Shown here piece by piece: positions 32,467 through 42,030 of a stretch of DNA of 64,000 bases. This DNA is from an uncultured virus (IMG/VR IMGVR_UViG_3300044949_000816) (Duplodnaviria; Heunggongvirae; Uroviricota; Caudoviricetes), in the IMG/VR virus record IMGVR_UViG_3300044949_000816, positions 1-64,000 of that record; one strand, written 5' to 3'. The first letter of the stretch is position 1, and each line of letters opens with the position of its first letter. A program made the translations under genes and the position numbers. The notes under the pieces are model-generated. The model saw nothing but the letters and a program-made list of their open reading frames with translations. It made no database searches and was not told the origin of the DNA.

Positions 32467-33003
32467 TTATTTTACATCAATGTTTAGAGATAATATTTTT
32501 CTACTAATATTACTCTTGTTTTGATGTGTGTAATGCAAAATAGATGATGGAAAAAATATCATAGTTCCAGATTCAACATCTTCTGGTGAAAATTCAGAAT
32601 AAATTCCAGTTAGAGGATCAACAAATGGAGAAATAAAAACAGTTGGAGTATGAACTTCAGAATCAAATTCCAAATAACAAACTGAACTTACAGTTCCTAT
32701 CCCATGATTGTGAGCACCATGAAACATATATTTTTTTTCTTCTTGAAACCATGAGTGAACAACCTCACAGTAATTAAATCCAAAATTTTCTTTTAAGGTA
32801 TTAATTTCAGTTTCTAATAAAGATTGAATTTTTTTATTTCTTTGAGATGAAGCATAATCATATGAACTCATTACGGTTATGTAATATTCTAAATTTTCAC
32901 CTTCAGCGTCCATCATATCGTTTAGTATTTCTTTTTTTACATCCCAATTATCAACTTTAAGTTGTAAATATGGGATTTGAAACATGTTTTCAATTTTTAT
33001 CAT
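32467..33003 (-). CDS. Putative 2OG-Fe(II) oxygenase (HxH-type cyanophage family)
   Basis: SWFQ...HGAHNHG...SSVCYLEFD..VHTPTVF...GTMIFFPSSILHYT...RKILSLN. Confidence 0.75.
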   Translation of the reverse strand: MIKIENMFQIPYLQLKVDNWDVKKEILNDMMDAEGENLEYYITVMSSYDYASSQRNKKIQSLLETEINTLKENFGFNYCEVVHSWFQEEKKYMFHGAHNHGIGTVSSVCYLEFDSEVHTPTVFISPFVDPLTGIYSEFSPEDVESGTMIFFPSSILHYTHQNKSNISRKILSLNIDVK

Positions 33004-34179
33004 TATTGTTTATCTCTTTTTCAAATTCTTTAGCGAGTTTATAAGCTCGTCTCCACATCATCCATTTTACTACAGGATTTGCTGGATTGTGTAGAATCCA
33101 CCACTTGGTTTTTTCATATTGAACTCTTGCAAGTTGAGTAAGCATATAAAATGCCCTCGCTACGGAATTGTCTGTAACTATAAGATACGCAGCAATTGCA
33201 AAGAGAGCAAACCAAATGTAGTATAAATTCATTTTCTGATTGTTTTAAGGTATTCTATTACATGCTCACGAACCTGCATGAGTTCGTTATAGCATTTTTG
33301 GTTGTGAGCACACTGACGAAGTTCGTGATCTGGTTTGTGAACACTTTCTATAAAGAGATCAAGACCACGATTCCATTTGTCAATTTGCGATTCATTTTCT
33401 GACATTTGGTTTAATAATCAAAGGACAAGAAGGAACTACTTTTTTAAGTTCCCAAAGAATTTCTGTTTTTTGTTCAGATGTCAATAGTTTAACATTCACT
33501 AACCTATTGGCAATCATAGCAATATCAGAACAAGATAAAATGGTCGTGAGAAACAAAGGAATCATGAGTTTCTCCCCATATTGAAATTATTTATTGGGCA
33601 AATCCACCACCCTTTACTTTTTCTTTACTTTTCTTTTTATCCTTTACGATTATAAGATCTAAAAAATCGGGAACACGACTGTGCTCGAACCAATACCTCT
33701 GTGCGTCCTCCCAATGATCAAAAAATCTGTTTTTACCACTTTTCAGAACAACTTCATAGGTGTGTCTATCATAAAGAGCATCAGATGTACAAGTAAAGAG
33801 TTGAGTCATAGAAATTGATCCAGAGGTCCTTTAGTGTTTCTTTTAAGTGCTTTTGATTCTTTTTCAATATAAGATACTGCAGTTTTGTAGTTGTTTGCAG
33901 TATGCACTTGCTGCCCCTTGTAGACAATAATGAACTTTTTCCCCCAAGGAATTGCTGCCCACTCCATGTTTTTGGTTACATATCCGTTTGGACTTCCTGG
34001 AGTGGGATCTAGAATGCCTTCGTTTTGAACGTTAGACATCAGAATTTAACGGTCACACTAACAACCTTTGCCTTAGGGTTGCGAGCAAGAGCAGTTTCAC
34101 GAGCATCTTGTGGATTGGATGCCTGAACCTCTTCATTAAAGATTTTACCGGCGACATAAAGTTGAACAACGTACTTCAT
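32990..34179 (-). other. Short hypothetical ORFs (32990-33232, 33591-33809, 33806-34039, 34039-34179)
   Basis: ORF track, plus a manually read 46-aa ORF MKYVVQLYVAGKIF... Confidence 0.65.
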
Positions 34180-34214
34180 TTGAAAATTTCCTTTGTGAAT
34201 TGAATAGAAAGAAA

Positions 34215-35441
34215 TCAGCGTCGGATGACGCTAACGGCAACATCACCTTTTACAAAGATGGTGTCAACCACGTTTTGTACTGCCCGTGCAGTAGCGCCAG
34301 ATGCCTTGTCAAAGGTGGGGCAGATCACCAGTCCATAGGATTTGGTGTATGCCTCCAGATTGCCCGCCTGGAGCGCCCCAGAGCGGATTCCAGCGGCATC
34401 CTGGGGGTGTAGGCGCAGAGTACGCCCAACCGTCTGTCCGATCCCCACAACATCCATAGAGCGCATGAATACTACTGCCTCCAGAGCAGAGATGTTGATG
34501 CCTTCTGCCAGAATGCTGTGGTGCAGAACCACAAACTTCTTATCGGCATCCTTACCCCACTTGTTGATGGTGTCAAAGAAAACCTCACGGTTCACTTGCT
34601 GCCCATCAATAAAGGCACCATGCTTGGAAGTAATGTGCATCACAGAGTAACCCTGCTCTGCCAATTGATCTGCAAAATCAGTTTCAGAAAGCAAACCGAT
34701 AATGTGCTTGGTTGCTTTGGCACAGATCAGGATCTTGTTGACAGGGTGATCTGCAATCGTTTGAAGCAGATACTCGCAATCACGTTGAGCAATATCCTCA
34801 CCCTTGATGGAGAGGCGCATCTCCTTCATCATCACCTTGGGAGGGATGATGTAACCACCTTCTACCAGTTGAGGAGCAGGAACCTTGGCGATGATCTGCC
34901 CGTAGACATCAACATCGTTCATGCCAGGTTTGCCAACCACAGAAGAGTACTTGGGAGTGGCAGTAAAGAAGTAGCAACGCTTTGCCTCTGAAGAGAAATG
35001 CTCTACAGCAGGAAAGAAGTGCCGCTTTACAGAGTTGTGTGCCTCGTCAAAGTAGATCGTATCTACAGCAATATCTGCCTTGGCAAGTTGCTGCAGAGAG
35101 TTGTAGGTGGTGAAGATCAGTTTGTGACCCTCAACATTCTCACACCAGGCACGAATCATGTTCGGGCGAGTGCTGCTGAAGTGATGAGTTTCACCTGTGT
35201 GAATGTGCATCACATGAGCATTTGTGATAAACTCAAGATACTCACTGGACAACTGCTCTGCCAGAAGGATGCGGGGTGCCACCACTACGATGGTTTGAGG
35301 AGTCTCTTTGAGAAACTCCCGAATAGCATCAAAAATACCAACGTTGGTTTTACCACCGCCAGTAGGGAAAACACAGATGCCCTTGGCAACCTGGCGCAGG
35401 GCATCAAGAGCAATCTGTTGATGAGGGCGAAGTTGGAACAA
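34215..35441 (-). CDS. SF2 DEAH-box helicase (Res/Type ISP-like helicase domain)
   Basis: LRPHQ, PTGGGKT, FTTYNS, DEAH, TATP, LAEGINISALEAV, QTVGRTLR; probable TTG start at 35441, downstream of promoter copy 11. Confidence 0.9.
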   Translation of the reverse strand: MFQLRPHQQIALDALRQVAKGICVFPTGGGKTNVGIFDAIREFLKETPQTIVVVAPRILLAEQLSSEYLEFITNAHVMHIHTGETHHFSSTRPNMIRAWCENVEGHKLIFTTYNSLQQLAKADIAVDTIYFDEAHNSVKRHFFPAVEHFSSEAKRCYFFTATPKYSSVVGKPGMNDVDVYGQIIAKVPAPQLVEGGYIIPPKVMMKEMRLSIKGEDIAQRDCEYLLQTIADHPVNKILICAKATKHIIGLLSETDFADQLAEQGYSVMHITSKHGAFIDGQQVNREVFFDTINKWGKDADKKFVVLHHSILAEGINISALEAVVFMRSMDVVGIGQTVGRTLRLHPQDAAGIRSGALQAGNLEAYTKSYGLVICPTFDKASGATARAVQNVVDTIFVKGDVAVSVIRR

Positions 35442-35463
35442 GGTCTCCGTTGCGTATGGGACT

Positions 35464-35521
35464 ATTATAGCAGAAAGGGGTCCCCGAAGGAACCCCATGT
35501 GCCAGTTATGAAATTGGTCTA
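35464..35521 (-). promoter_or_regulatory. Palindrome-type early promoter, copy 11, with cUUCGg hairpin
   Basis: TGTGCCAGTT-ATGA-AATTGGTCTA at 35498-35521; TATAAT 35464-35469; spacer 28 with GGGGTTCC-TTCG-GGGACCCC-TTTC. Confidence 0.8.
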
Positions 35522-35522
35522 A

Positions 35523-36836
35523 TCACTGAAACTCATTGTGCTGCTCAATCATGTTTGCTTGTGGCAACCATTTGAAGTCAATAGGCTTCAAAGTTCCCTC
35601 ATCATGTGCTTTGAGAACACGACGATAGTGTTTGAGCATACGCTTACGTTCACCTTCCATCAACACTCGGAGTTCATCAATGTTGTTTTCTGTAGGAGTA
35701 ATACTAACACCCTGACCCTGCTCCAAGAAAGAATAAGCAGTATAGTTGTTGTTAGGATACTCAAGCTGCTTTTCAAAGATGAAATACCACTTACGGTAGT
35801 GATCTGGTTTACGCCCCCAACCAACAGCAAAAGAAGTTTGAGTTTCGTTCATAGAACTAATACGCTCACCGCAAACACCATTGATGCTAAAAACATCTTT
35901 CAAAGTTTTTTGTGCTTTTGAAATGTCGTATGGTTCAATAGATACTTTGACACCTTCTTCGCCAAGAATTTCAGCAGCAAAAATCCTTCGGTTGTTTTTG
36001 CGAACTTCTTTGTATCGGGTTTTCAGTACATCAATCACAACGTCAATGTCTTTTGCAATTTTTCCGTATTGAAAACCTTTTTGGATCATGTACTTTACAT
36101 CATCCTCTGTACAATCATTCTTTTTTTCCCTGTTGGGAGCATTGGCGATTGCACCATATTGAAGAAGAGAATATTCATCTTCACCAGAAATGATGGCACA
36201 CGGAAAATACTTCCAAGGAAGTTCAAAGCGATTGTTGCCATCACGAACAATGTACTTAAAAGTAAATTCAGAACCATCTTCGTCAACATAATGAATTGGT
36301 TCAGAAAGAACTGATACTGCAGGTTGATAACAGCGATAATCGTATTCGCCATCAGCAACTTCTTCAGTGATCTGGTCAATTGTTTGCTGAAAAAGTGCCT
36401 GACCAACACGAGTTTGGCATTCAATGTTAAGTTTTCGAGCAATGCTGTGAGACATTACTTCATCTTTGTGAAGAATTGCCCATTTTTCAAAGGTAATTCC
36501 AGGAGATTTGTCATAATATCGCCCGTGCTTTTCCAACTCTTCCAAATCAAAGATATTTTGGTTTGGATCAATGTATCCTTTAGTTTCAATCAAACAATAT
36601 GTACCTTCAAGATCCATAGAGTCCCTACAGAACATCCGTAAAAGTTGATCTGCCTCAAGTCGTTGAATTGCTGCACGAACAGTTGATCGCTCATCAACTA
36701 CCTCATTGTAAATTTCATCAATCCTGTTTTGAACAAGAACTAAATCATAAATTTCTTGAAGAGTAAAAACAACTCCAGGAACAAAATTTTCGCGGAGAGT
36801 AAGTAGAACGTGTTCTTTGGTTGAAATCATAATCAA
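35523..36836 (-). CDS. Protein with putative N-terminal winged helix and ParB/sulfiredoxin-like domain
   Basis: FTLQEIYDLV...TVRAAIQRLE; YQPAV...YIVRDGNNRF resembling the ParB DGxxR motif. Confidence 0.5.
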   Translation of the reverse strand: MIMISTKEHVLLTLRENFVPGVVFTLQEIYDLVLVQNRIDEIYNEVVDERSTVRAAIQRLEADQLLRMFCRDSMDLEGTYCLIETKGYIDPNQNIFDLEELEKHGRYYDKSPGITFEKWAILHKDEVMSHSIARKLNIECQTRVGQALFQQTIDQITEEVADGEYDYRCYQPAVSVLSEPIHYVDEDGSEFTFKYIVRDGNNRFELPWKYFPCAIISGEDEYSLLQYGAIANAPNREKKNDCTEDDVKYMIQKGFQYGKIAKDIDVVIDVLKTRYKEVRKNNRRIFAAEILGEEGVKVSIEPYDISKAQKTLKDVFSINGVCGERISSMNETQTSFAVGWGRKPDHYRKWYFIFEKQLEYPNNNYTAYSFLEQGQGVSITPTENNIDELRVLMEGERKRMLKHYRRVLKAHDEGTLKPIDFKWLPQANMIEQHNEFQ

Positions 36837-36852
36837 TTTCGTTTACCTGCTT

Positions 36853-36881
36853 AATGTACGATGAATTCACCGCCATGTCAA
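36853..36881 (-). promoter_or_regulatory. sigma70-type promoter TTGACA-N17-TACATT
   Basis: Upstream of ORF 35523-36836. Confidence 0.7.
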
Positions 36882-36893
36882 CCCCCCAACCCA

Positions 36894-37295
36894 TTAGAAA
36901 AACTTTTCAATACCGATAAGTTCCCCAAATGAGTAGTCATACTCCAAGGCATCCGCACACACGTAATGGGGGTGGTCTACAGGAACACCAAGACGAGAGC
37001 ACAATTCCTTATGATTATCTTCCATCATTTCAACGGCATAGATCATATGATTCAAAACATGTTCTTCTGTATGATATTCACAAAGCCGATTCTTAAGAGC
37101 AATCAAAAAATTACCACATCCAGCAGAATTATCAATAAAAGTACTGTTCGGATCTTTTAGTATATCAACAGAAATATCATCAATCATACTCTCAACTAGA
37201 TCCATAGGAGTAAAGACTTCTTGAGTTTCTTTAATCCTTTCATCAGATCTTTCAATCTCAGATCCAGTTTCAATATTATGCTTGTTCTTTTTCAT
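36894..37295 (-). CDS. DNA adenine MTase, SAM-binding half (motifs X and I)
   Basis: QEVFTP...FIDNSAGCGNFL...IYAVE...DAL; no NPPY motif. Confidence 0.8.
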   Translation of the reverse strand: MKKNKHNIETGSEIERSDERIKETQEVFTPMDLVESMIDDISVDILKDPNSTFIDNSAGCGNFLIALKNRLCEYHTEEHVLNHMIYAVEMMEDNHKELCSRLGVPVDHPHYVCADALEYDYSFGELIGIEKFF

Positions 37296-37866
37296 TCTTC
37301 TCTTTCAAACAATTAGTATAAGTTGAAATTAGATCGTTTTTACCGAAATGCCTTCTACCATTACAACTAGAAGCAACCTCTCTAAATCTCGTAGCAAATT
37401 CTAACAGATTTTCTATCACACTAGAATCTCTAACCTTTAGAAAATGATGTCCTTTAGCGTAATGTGTAAAGTTTTCTGTTTTAACTCTACCACTGGGTCC
37501 AGAACCATATTCACCTACAAAAACATCTGCCTCAAATCTCCTCTCATAAGGAAGAAATTCAAAGTCAGGATGTTCCCTCATCATAGGAATTTCACCTACA
37601 CCAATTTGAAATCTTGATGTATTTCTAACTTCCCAGTATTGTTTAACAGCACTAATACCATTTGGGAAAGTAGAAGGATCTAGATCATCATCTACAACAC
37701 AGTGAAGGTGTGCCTTAATCTTATTTAAAGATGATGGTTTACGAACTGATGTAGGTAAGACTGCACGAATATCATCAGTGATCTCGGCAGTCTTATTAAG
37801 AAATTTTATAGCAAGGTTTCCACCCACCCCATAAGGTGGATTAATAATAGCTAAAGTAAACTTCAT
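37276..37866 (-). CDS. DNA adenine MTase, catalytic half (motif IV NPPY plus putative TRD)
   Basis: Begins MKFTLAIINPPY...KFLNK...AVLP; no SAM-binding motif. Confidence 0.75.
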   Translation of the reverse strand: MKFTLAIINPPYGVGGNLAIKFLNKTAEITDDIRAVLPTSVRKPSSLNKIKAHLHCVVDDDLDPSTFPNGISAVKQYWEVRNTSRFQIGVGEIPMMREHPDFEFLPYERRFEADVFVGEYGSGPSGRVKTENFTHYAKGHHFLKVRDSSVIENLLEFATRFREVASSCNGRRHFGKNDLISTYTNCLKEKNEKEQA

Positions 37867-37892
37867 ACATGTCCTTCAAACCTAGCAAAGGT

Positions 37893-37921
37893 ATTCTACT
37901 GGGATTTGAGGTTCTTGTCAA
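37893..37921 (-). promoter_or_regulatory. sigma70-type promoter TTGACA-N17-TAGAAT
   Basis: Upstream of the split MTase genes. Confidence 0.8.
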
Positions 37922-37924
37922 GAC

Positions 37925-40900
37925 CTAGTACATATCATACCAAGTAGTTCCATTGTACATTTGGTGTTTATTTACCGTAGTGTTAAATATGAAAGCTCCG
38001 GGACGAGTATGTAATCCTACTCTTTGATCAGAAGTTATTCCTGGTGGAAGCATAAATGCATATTTTGCAGATTCTCCAGTAGATCCTATGCCAACTCCAG
38101 CATAGAAAAAGTCAGCTTTACACGTAGGTTCATCAGTTCCTATACCAATAGAACCAGAAGAATCAATTTCAATAGTTGATTCATCTACTATACGTATAGA
38201 ACCTCCGGAAACGACTTGACCCGATTGGTATAAAACTATTCCACCATTTCCAACATCATTAGTATTAACTCCAACAGCAATTGCTGGACTAATAATTCCT
38301 CCAGCAAGTCCTCCTCCTTGTGTTATAATATGTATTGATGCGTTTGGTGAGGTTGTCCCAATTCCAATACCAGATGCTTCTGTTATACTAACAATACCAG
38401 TAATAGATAGTTCGTTAAATGTTGATATTCCAACTTCGGTGAATACATTTCCGTTTAATTGGGTTCCTTCCGCGAGTCTAAGGGTTGTAATTCCAGTAAT
38501 AACTGTATTCCCATTAACTCTTAAATTACTAAATGTGGATACTCCTGATGCAAATAATCCATTACCAACATATAAATCTCGAGAAATTGTTACTCCAGTG
38601 CCAGTTGCTCCAATTTTTCCATTTACATATAAATCATTTCCAATATAGGTATCTGAAGTAATTGTGGATGTTCCAACAACATGCAAATTATGCTGCGGTT
38701 CATCTTGATTAATTCCCAGTTTTCCATCATAAGTTAAAGTCATTATCTCGTTACTGAGATAACTATTATTCCATTTAAATGAACCAGTATTAATACCAGC
38801 AACTCCACCACTATGAAGATTAAAATTAAAACTTCCTACAGTTCTATTTTCAAAAGTAAAATCAGATCCACCAAAAATTAAACGTCCTTGATTAGATAAA
38901 CTTGAGAGTATTAATGAAGAATTAGAAGTCTTAGAATCTATTTTAATAGAAACTGTTGATTGATCAACAACTTCCAATTTACTGGATAAAGATGTTGTAG
39001 TTCCAATACCAACGTAACTAGAATCAACATATAAAGGTCCAGAATATATTTCATTATCAACTATAAGTTGATCTGATATTCTAACTAAACTGGATGTAGA
39101 TTGTAATATTAATTCTCCTGCGGCGGTATCAATTATATTACCACTACCAGAAACTCCTAATCTAATTTTATTAAAATATGCAGATCCAAAAGCTTTTGAA
39201 GAACTACCTACTGATCCATTATTATTGGAGATTGGTAAAATAGCAGATCCGACAGTTGCTATACCAATTATATTTAAATTATTTGATTCTAAATTACTAT
39301 TTACAAATAAAGAATTTGTTACAGTTACAATACCAGAAGAAGATGTTAATTGTAATGTATTAGAATTTCTAGTCCCTATTGAATTTGTTCCGGCAACACC
39401 TATTGTAACCTCATTAATGTATGCGTTTTCGAATGCTGTTGCAGCATATCCAATAGATGATCCTTTATCGGAATCTGGAGAAATATTAATATTTACTATA
39501 GAATAATCACTATAAAGATTGGGTGCAGTTAATATACCAGAAACATTTAAATTACGCTCAGAAATTAAATCTTTAGAAACTAATACTCTTCCAGTAATTG
39601 AGTCTAATGTAAGATTTCCAGATCTAGTGCTTATAATTCCGGCACCAAATGCTCCAATATTAATATTTGCAATATGGGCATTTGCAAATGAAGTTCCAGC
39701 AGATCCTAAGTATGATCCACCATCACTATCTGGAACAACTGAATCATTGATGATAAGATCAGTTAGTGTAGAGATGCCAGTTACTGATAAATTCCTGTTT
39801 ACAATAAAGTCTTTTACGACAGATACTTTTCCAGTATTTGAATCAAGACTTAAATCACCAGATCTCGTACTTACAATTCCTGCAGCGTTTGCGACTCCAA
39901 TTTGAACTTCATCAATATAAGCTTCTGCCAATGATTTAGAACTGGAACCCAAATATCCACTATTATCGTTCGTTGGAATAATACCTGTAGTAATATTAAC
40001 AAGACCAGATAATGTAGAAATTCCAGTTACCGAAACATTTCTATTTACGATAAAGTCTTTTACGACAGATACTTTTCCAGTATTGGCATCAAGACTTAAA
40101 TCACCAGATCTTGTGCTGACAATACCAGCAGCATTTGTGACTCCAATTTGAACTTCATCAATATATGCTTCGGCAAATGATTTTGTAGAAGACCCTAGAT
40201 AACCATTATTATCATTTGACGGGATAATTCCGGTAGTTATATTGACAAGACCAGATAAAGTAGAAATACCAGTTACTGAAAGATTTTGCCCTATGCTAAA
40301 ATCTCTTACAACAGATACTCTTCTGCTGTTAGCATCAAGACTTAAATCACCAGATCTTGTACTAACAATACCAGCAGCATTTGCAACACCAATTTGGACT
40401 TCATCAATATATGCTTCGGCAAATGATTTTGTAGAAGATCCTAAACTTGCAGAAAGATCAGTGTTTGGATTTAAACTTCCACTAATATTAATTGAACTGT
40501 TAAAGGTAGAAATACCACTAAATGTAGAGTTTCTAGATACTGAAAGATCTTTAGAAATTGAAACAGTTCCAGTATTTGAATCAAGACTTAAAGCTCCAGA
40601 TCTTGTACTTACAATTCCTGCGGCGTTTGCAACTCCAATTTGGACTTCATCAATATACGCTTCAGCAAATGATTTTGCAGAAGATCCTAGATAACCACTA
40701 TTATTAGAATCTGGAACTATACCAGTTGCAGATGTTACTATGCCTGCTAGATAAGAATTGCCAGAAACATAAAGATTATTTGATACTTCTATTTTTGTTC
40801 CTGCAGAACCTAAAAATAAATCTCCAGAATTTGTTTCTATTTTATTAGAAACATCATTTATTCTAATATTTCCTGAATGTAGTTTGGAAATAGTTCCAAC

Positions 40901-42013
40901 ACCAGAAGCGTTAATATTTGTAGAATTTACAAATCCTGCGGTAGTTACACCAATATTCGAATATGTTGAATTTAAAGAATTTGTTGTAATAATACCAGAA
41001 TTAACTTGCGTTAATTGTGATGCGAAAGAATTTGTTCTAAAAACATTTAATGTAGTAACAATTCCAGTATTAGTAACTCTAAGATTTGATGTTGTTGTGA
41101 ATCCAGATGAAAAAATATCATTAGCAGTAAGAATACCAACAGTAACAATTCCTGATACTGAAATATCACTAGACCAATTAACTCCATTAGATCCATTTGA
41201 AACTAAAAACTGACCAGGATTTCCATTACTACCTGCAATGGAAACTCTTGCTCCTCCAGAAAATGTTAAATCACTTGAATTAATTTCGAATCCATTTGAT
41301 GCATAGAATGACCCACCAGTAAATGATGATCCCGTAACATTTCTGCTGAATAAACCATTACTATTAAAAGTAACTACACCAATATATGCTCTAGTTGCTG
41401 TCAGGGTTCCTACTGTTGCGATGCCTGATGGCAAATTAATGTTATTTGGTAATCTTGCATTATCTAAAGTTCCTGAAGAAATATTAGATGCATTTATGTT
41501 GGTAATATTTGTACCACTTCCATCAAAAGAACCTGCGGTTATAATTCCAGATGCTCTAATATTTCCAGTAGAATTAATACCAACACCAATTTGTCCAAGT
41601 TCAGTTCTTCCCCCTATTTGCAAAGTTTGAGTTGGAATATTGGTTGCAATTCCAACTCTATTTCTAAGAATATAAGAACTTGTAATTCCAGGCTGATTAT
41701 AGTCTACCCATTGATTGGTTGGTATTCCATCTAAATACGAACCGTCTCCATAATATCTCGTCGCACTTATTATTCCAGAGTCGGTCATCGTAATATATGA
41801 ACCAACCCTCAAATCAACAAAAGAAGCGATTCCTGAGATAATCATCGCTTTCATGGTTGATAAACCAGAAACAGAGATATCTCCGTATACGTCAAGATTA
41901 GTTCTAGGAATAGTCGTTCCTATACCAACAAGTCCATTAGCATTTACGAAAAAGTTATCCTCATCAACTTGAACACCATTCCTAAAACTAAATGACTTAT
42001 TATAATTTGCCAT
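37925..42013 (-). CDS. Tail fibre / virion structural protein (1362 aa)
   Basis: VGIGTT and GI(S/A)T fibre motifs, internal 82-aa repeats; ATAAATA box at 42032-42038. Confidence 0.85.
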   Translation of the reverse strand: MANYNKSFSFRNGVQVDEDNFFVNANGLVGIGTTIPRTNLDVYGDISVSGLSTMKAMIISGIASFVDLRVGSYITMTDSGIISATRYYGDGSYLDGIPTNQWVDYNQPGITSSYILRNRVGIATNIPTQTLQIGGRTELGQIGVGINSTGNIRASGIITAGSFDGSGTNITNINASNISSGTLDNARLPNNINLPSGIATVGTLTATRAYIGVVTFNSNGLFSRNVTGSSFTGGSFYASNGFEINSSDLTFSGGARVSIAGSNGNPGQFLVSNGSNGVNWSSDISVSGIVTVGILTANDIFSSGFTTTSNLRVTNTGIVTTLNVFRTNSFASQLTQVNSGIITTNSLNSTYSNIGVTTAGFVNSTNINASGVGTISKLHSGNIRINDVSNKIETNSGDLFLGSAGTKIEVSNNLYVSGNSYLAGIVTSATGIVPDSNNSGYLGSSAKSFAEAYIDEVQIGVANAAGIVSTRSGALSLDSNTGTVSISKDLSVSRNSTFSGISTFNSSINISGSLNPNTDLSASLGSSTKSFAEAYIDEVQIGVANAAGIVSTRSGDLSLDANSRRVSVVRDFSIGQNLSVTGISTLSGLVNITTGIIPSNDNNGYLGSSTKSFAEAYIDEVQIGVTNAAGIVSTRSGDLSLDANTGKVSVVKDFIVNRNVSVTGISTLSGLVNITTGIIPTNDNSGYLGSSSKSLAEAYIDEVQIGVANAAGIVSTRSGDLSLDSNTGKVSVVKDFIVNRNLSVTGISTLTDLIINDSVVPDSDGGSYLGSAGTSFANAHIANINIGAFGAGIISTRSGNLTLDSITGRVLVSKDLISERNLNVSGILTAPNLYSDYSIVNINISPDSDKGSSIGYAATAFENAYINEVTIGVAGTNSIGTRNSNTLQLTSSSGIVTVTNSLFVNSNLESNNLNIIGIATVGSAILPISNNNGSVGSSSKAFGSAYFNKIRLGVSGSGNIIDTAAGELILQSTSSLVRISDQLIVDNEIYSGPLYVDSSYVGIGTTTSLSSKLEVVDQSTVSIKIDSKTSNSSLILSSLSNQGRLIFGGSDFTFENRTVGSFNFNLHSGGVAGINTGSFKWNNSYLSNEIMTLTYDGKLGINQDEPQHNLHVVGTSTITSDTYIGNDLYVNGKIGATGTGVTISRDLYVGNGLFASGVSTFSNLRVNGNTVITGITTLRLAEGTQLNGNVFTEVGISTFNELSITGIVSITEASGIGIGTTSPNASIHIITQGGGLAGGIISPAIAVGVNTNDVGNGGIVLYQSGQVVSGGSIRIVDESTIEIDSSGSIGIGTDEPTCKADFFYAGVGIGSTGESAKYAFMLPPGITSDQRVGLHTRPGAFIFNTTVNKHQMYNGTTWYDMY
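39170..40730 (-). repeat. Tandem 246-nt (82-aa) coding repeats
   Basis: TTCATCAATATA at 39908, 40154, 40400, 40646 (period 246); GSSTKSFAEAYIDEVQIGVANAAGIVSTRSGDLSLD; three further degenerate copies. Confidence 0.9.
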
Positions 42014-42030
42014 TTCTTACAGCTTTTTAG

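Noticed and set aside
34200..35522. Several plus-strand ORFs over the helicase
   Set aside because: Antisense shadows favoured by the higher GC content
39170..40730. Near-identical fibre repeats as a DGR template/variable pair
   Set aside because: They are in-frame tandem coding repeats with mostly synonymous differences, not adenine-specific, and no reverse transcriptase is seen
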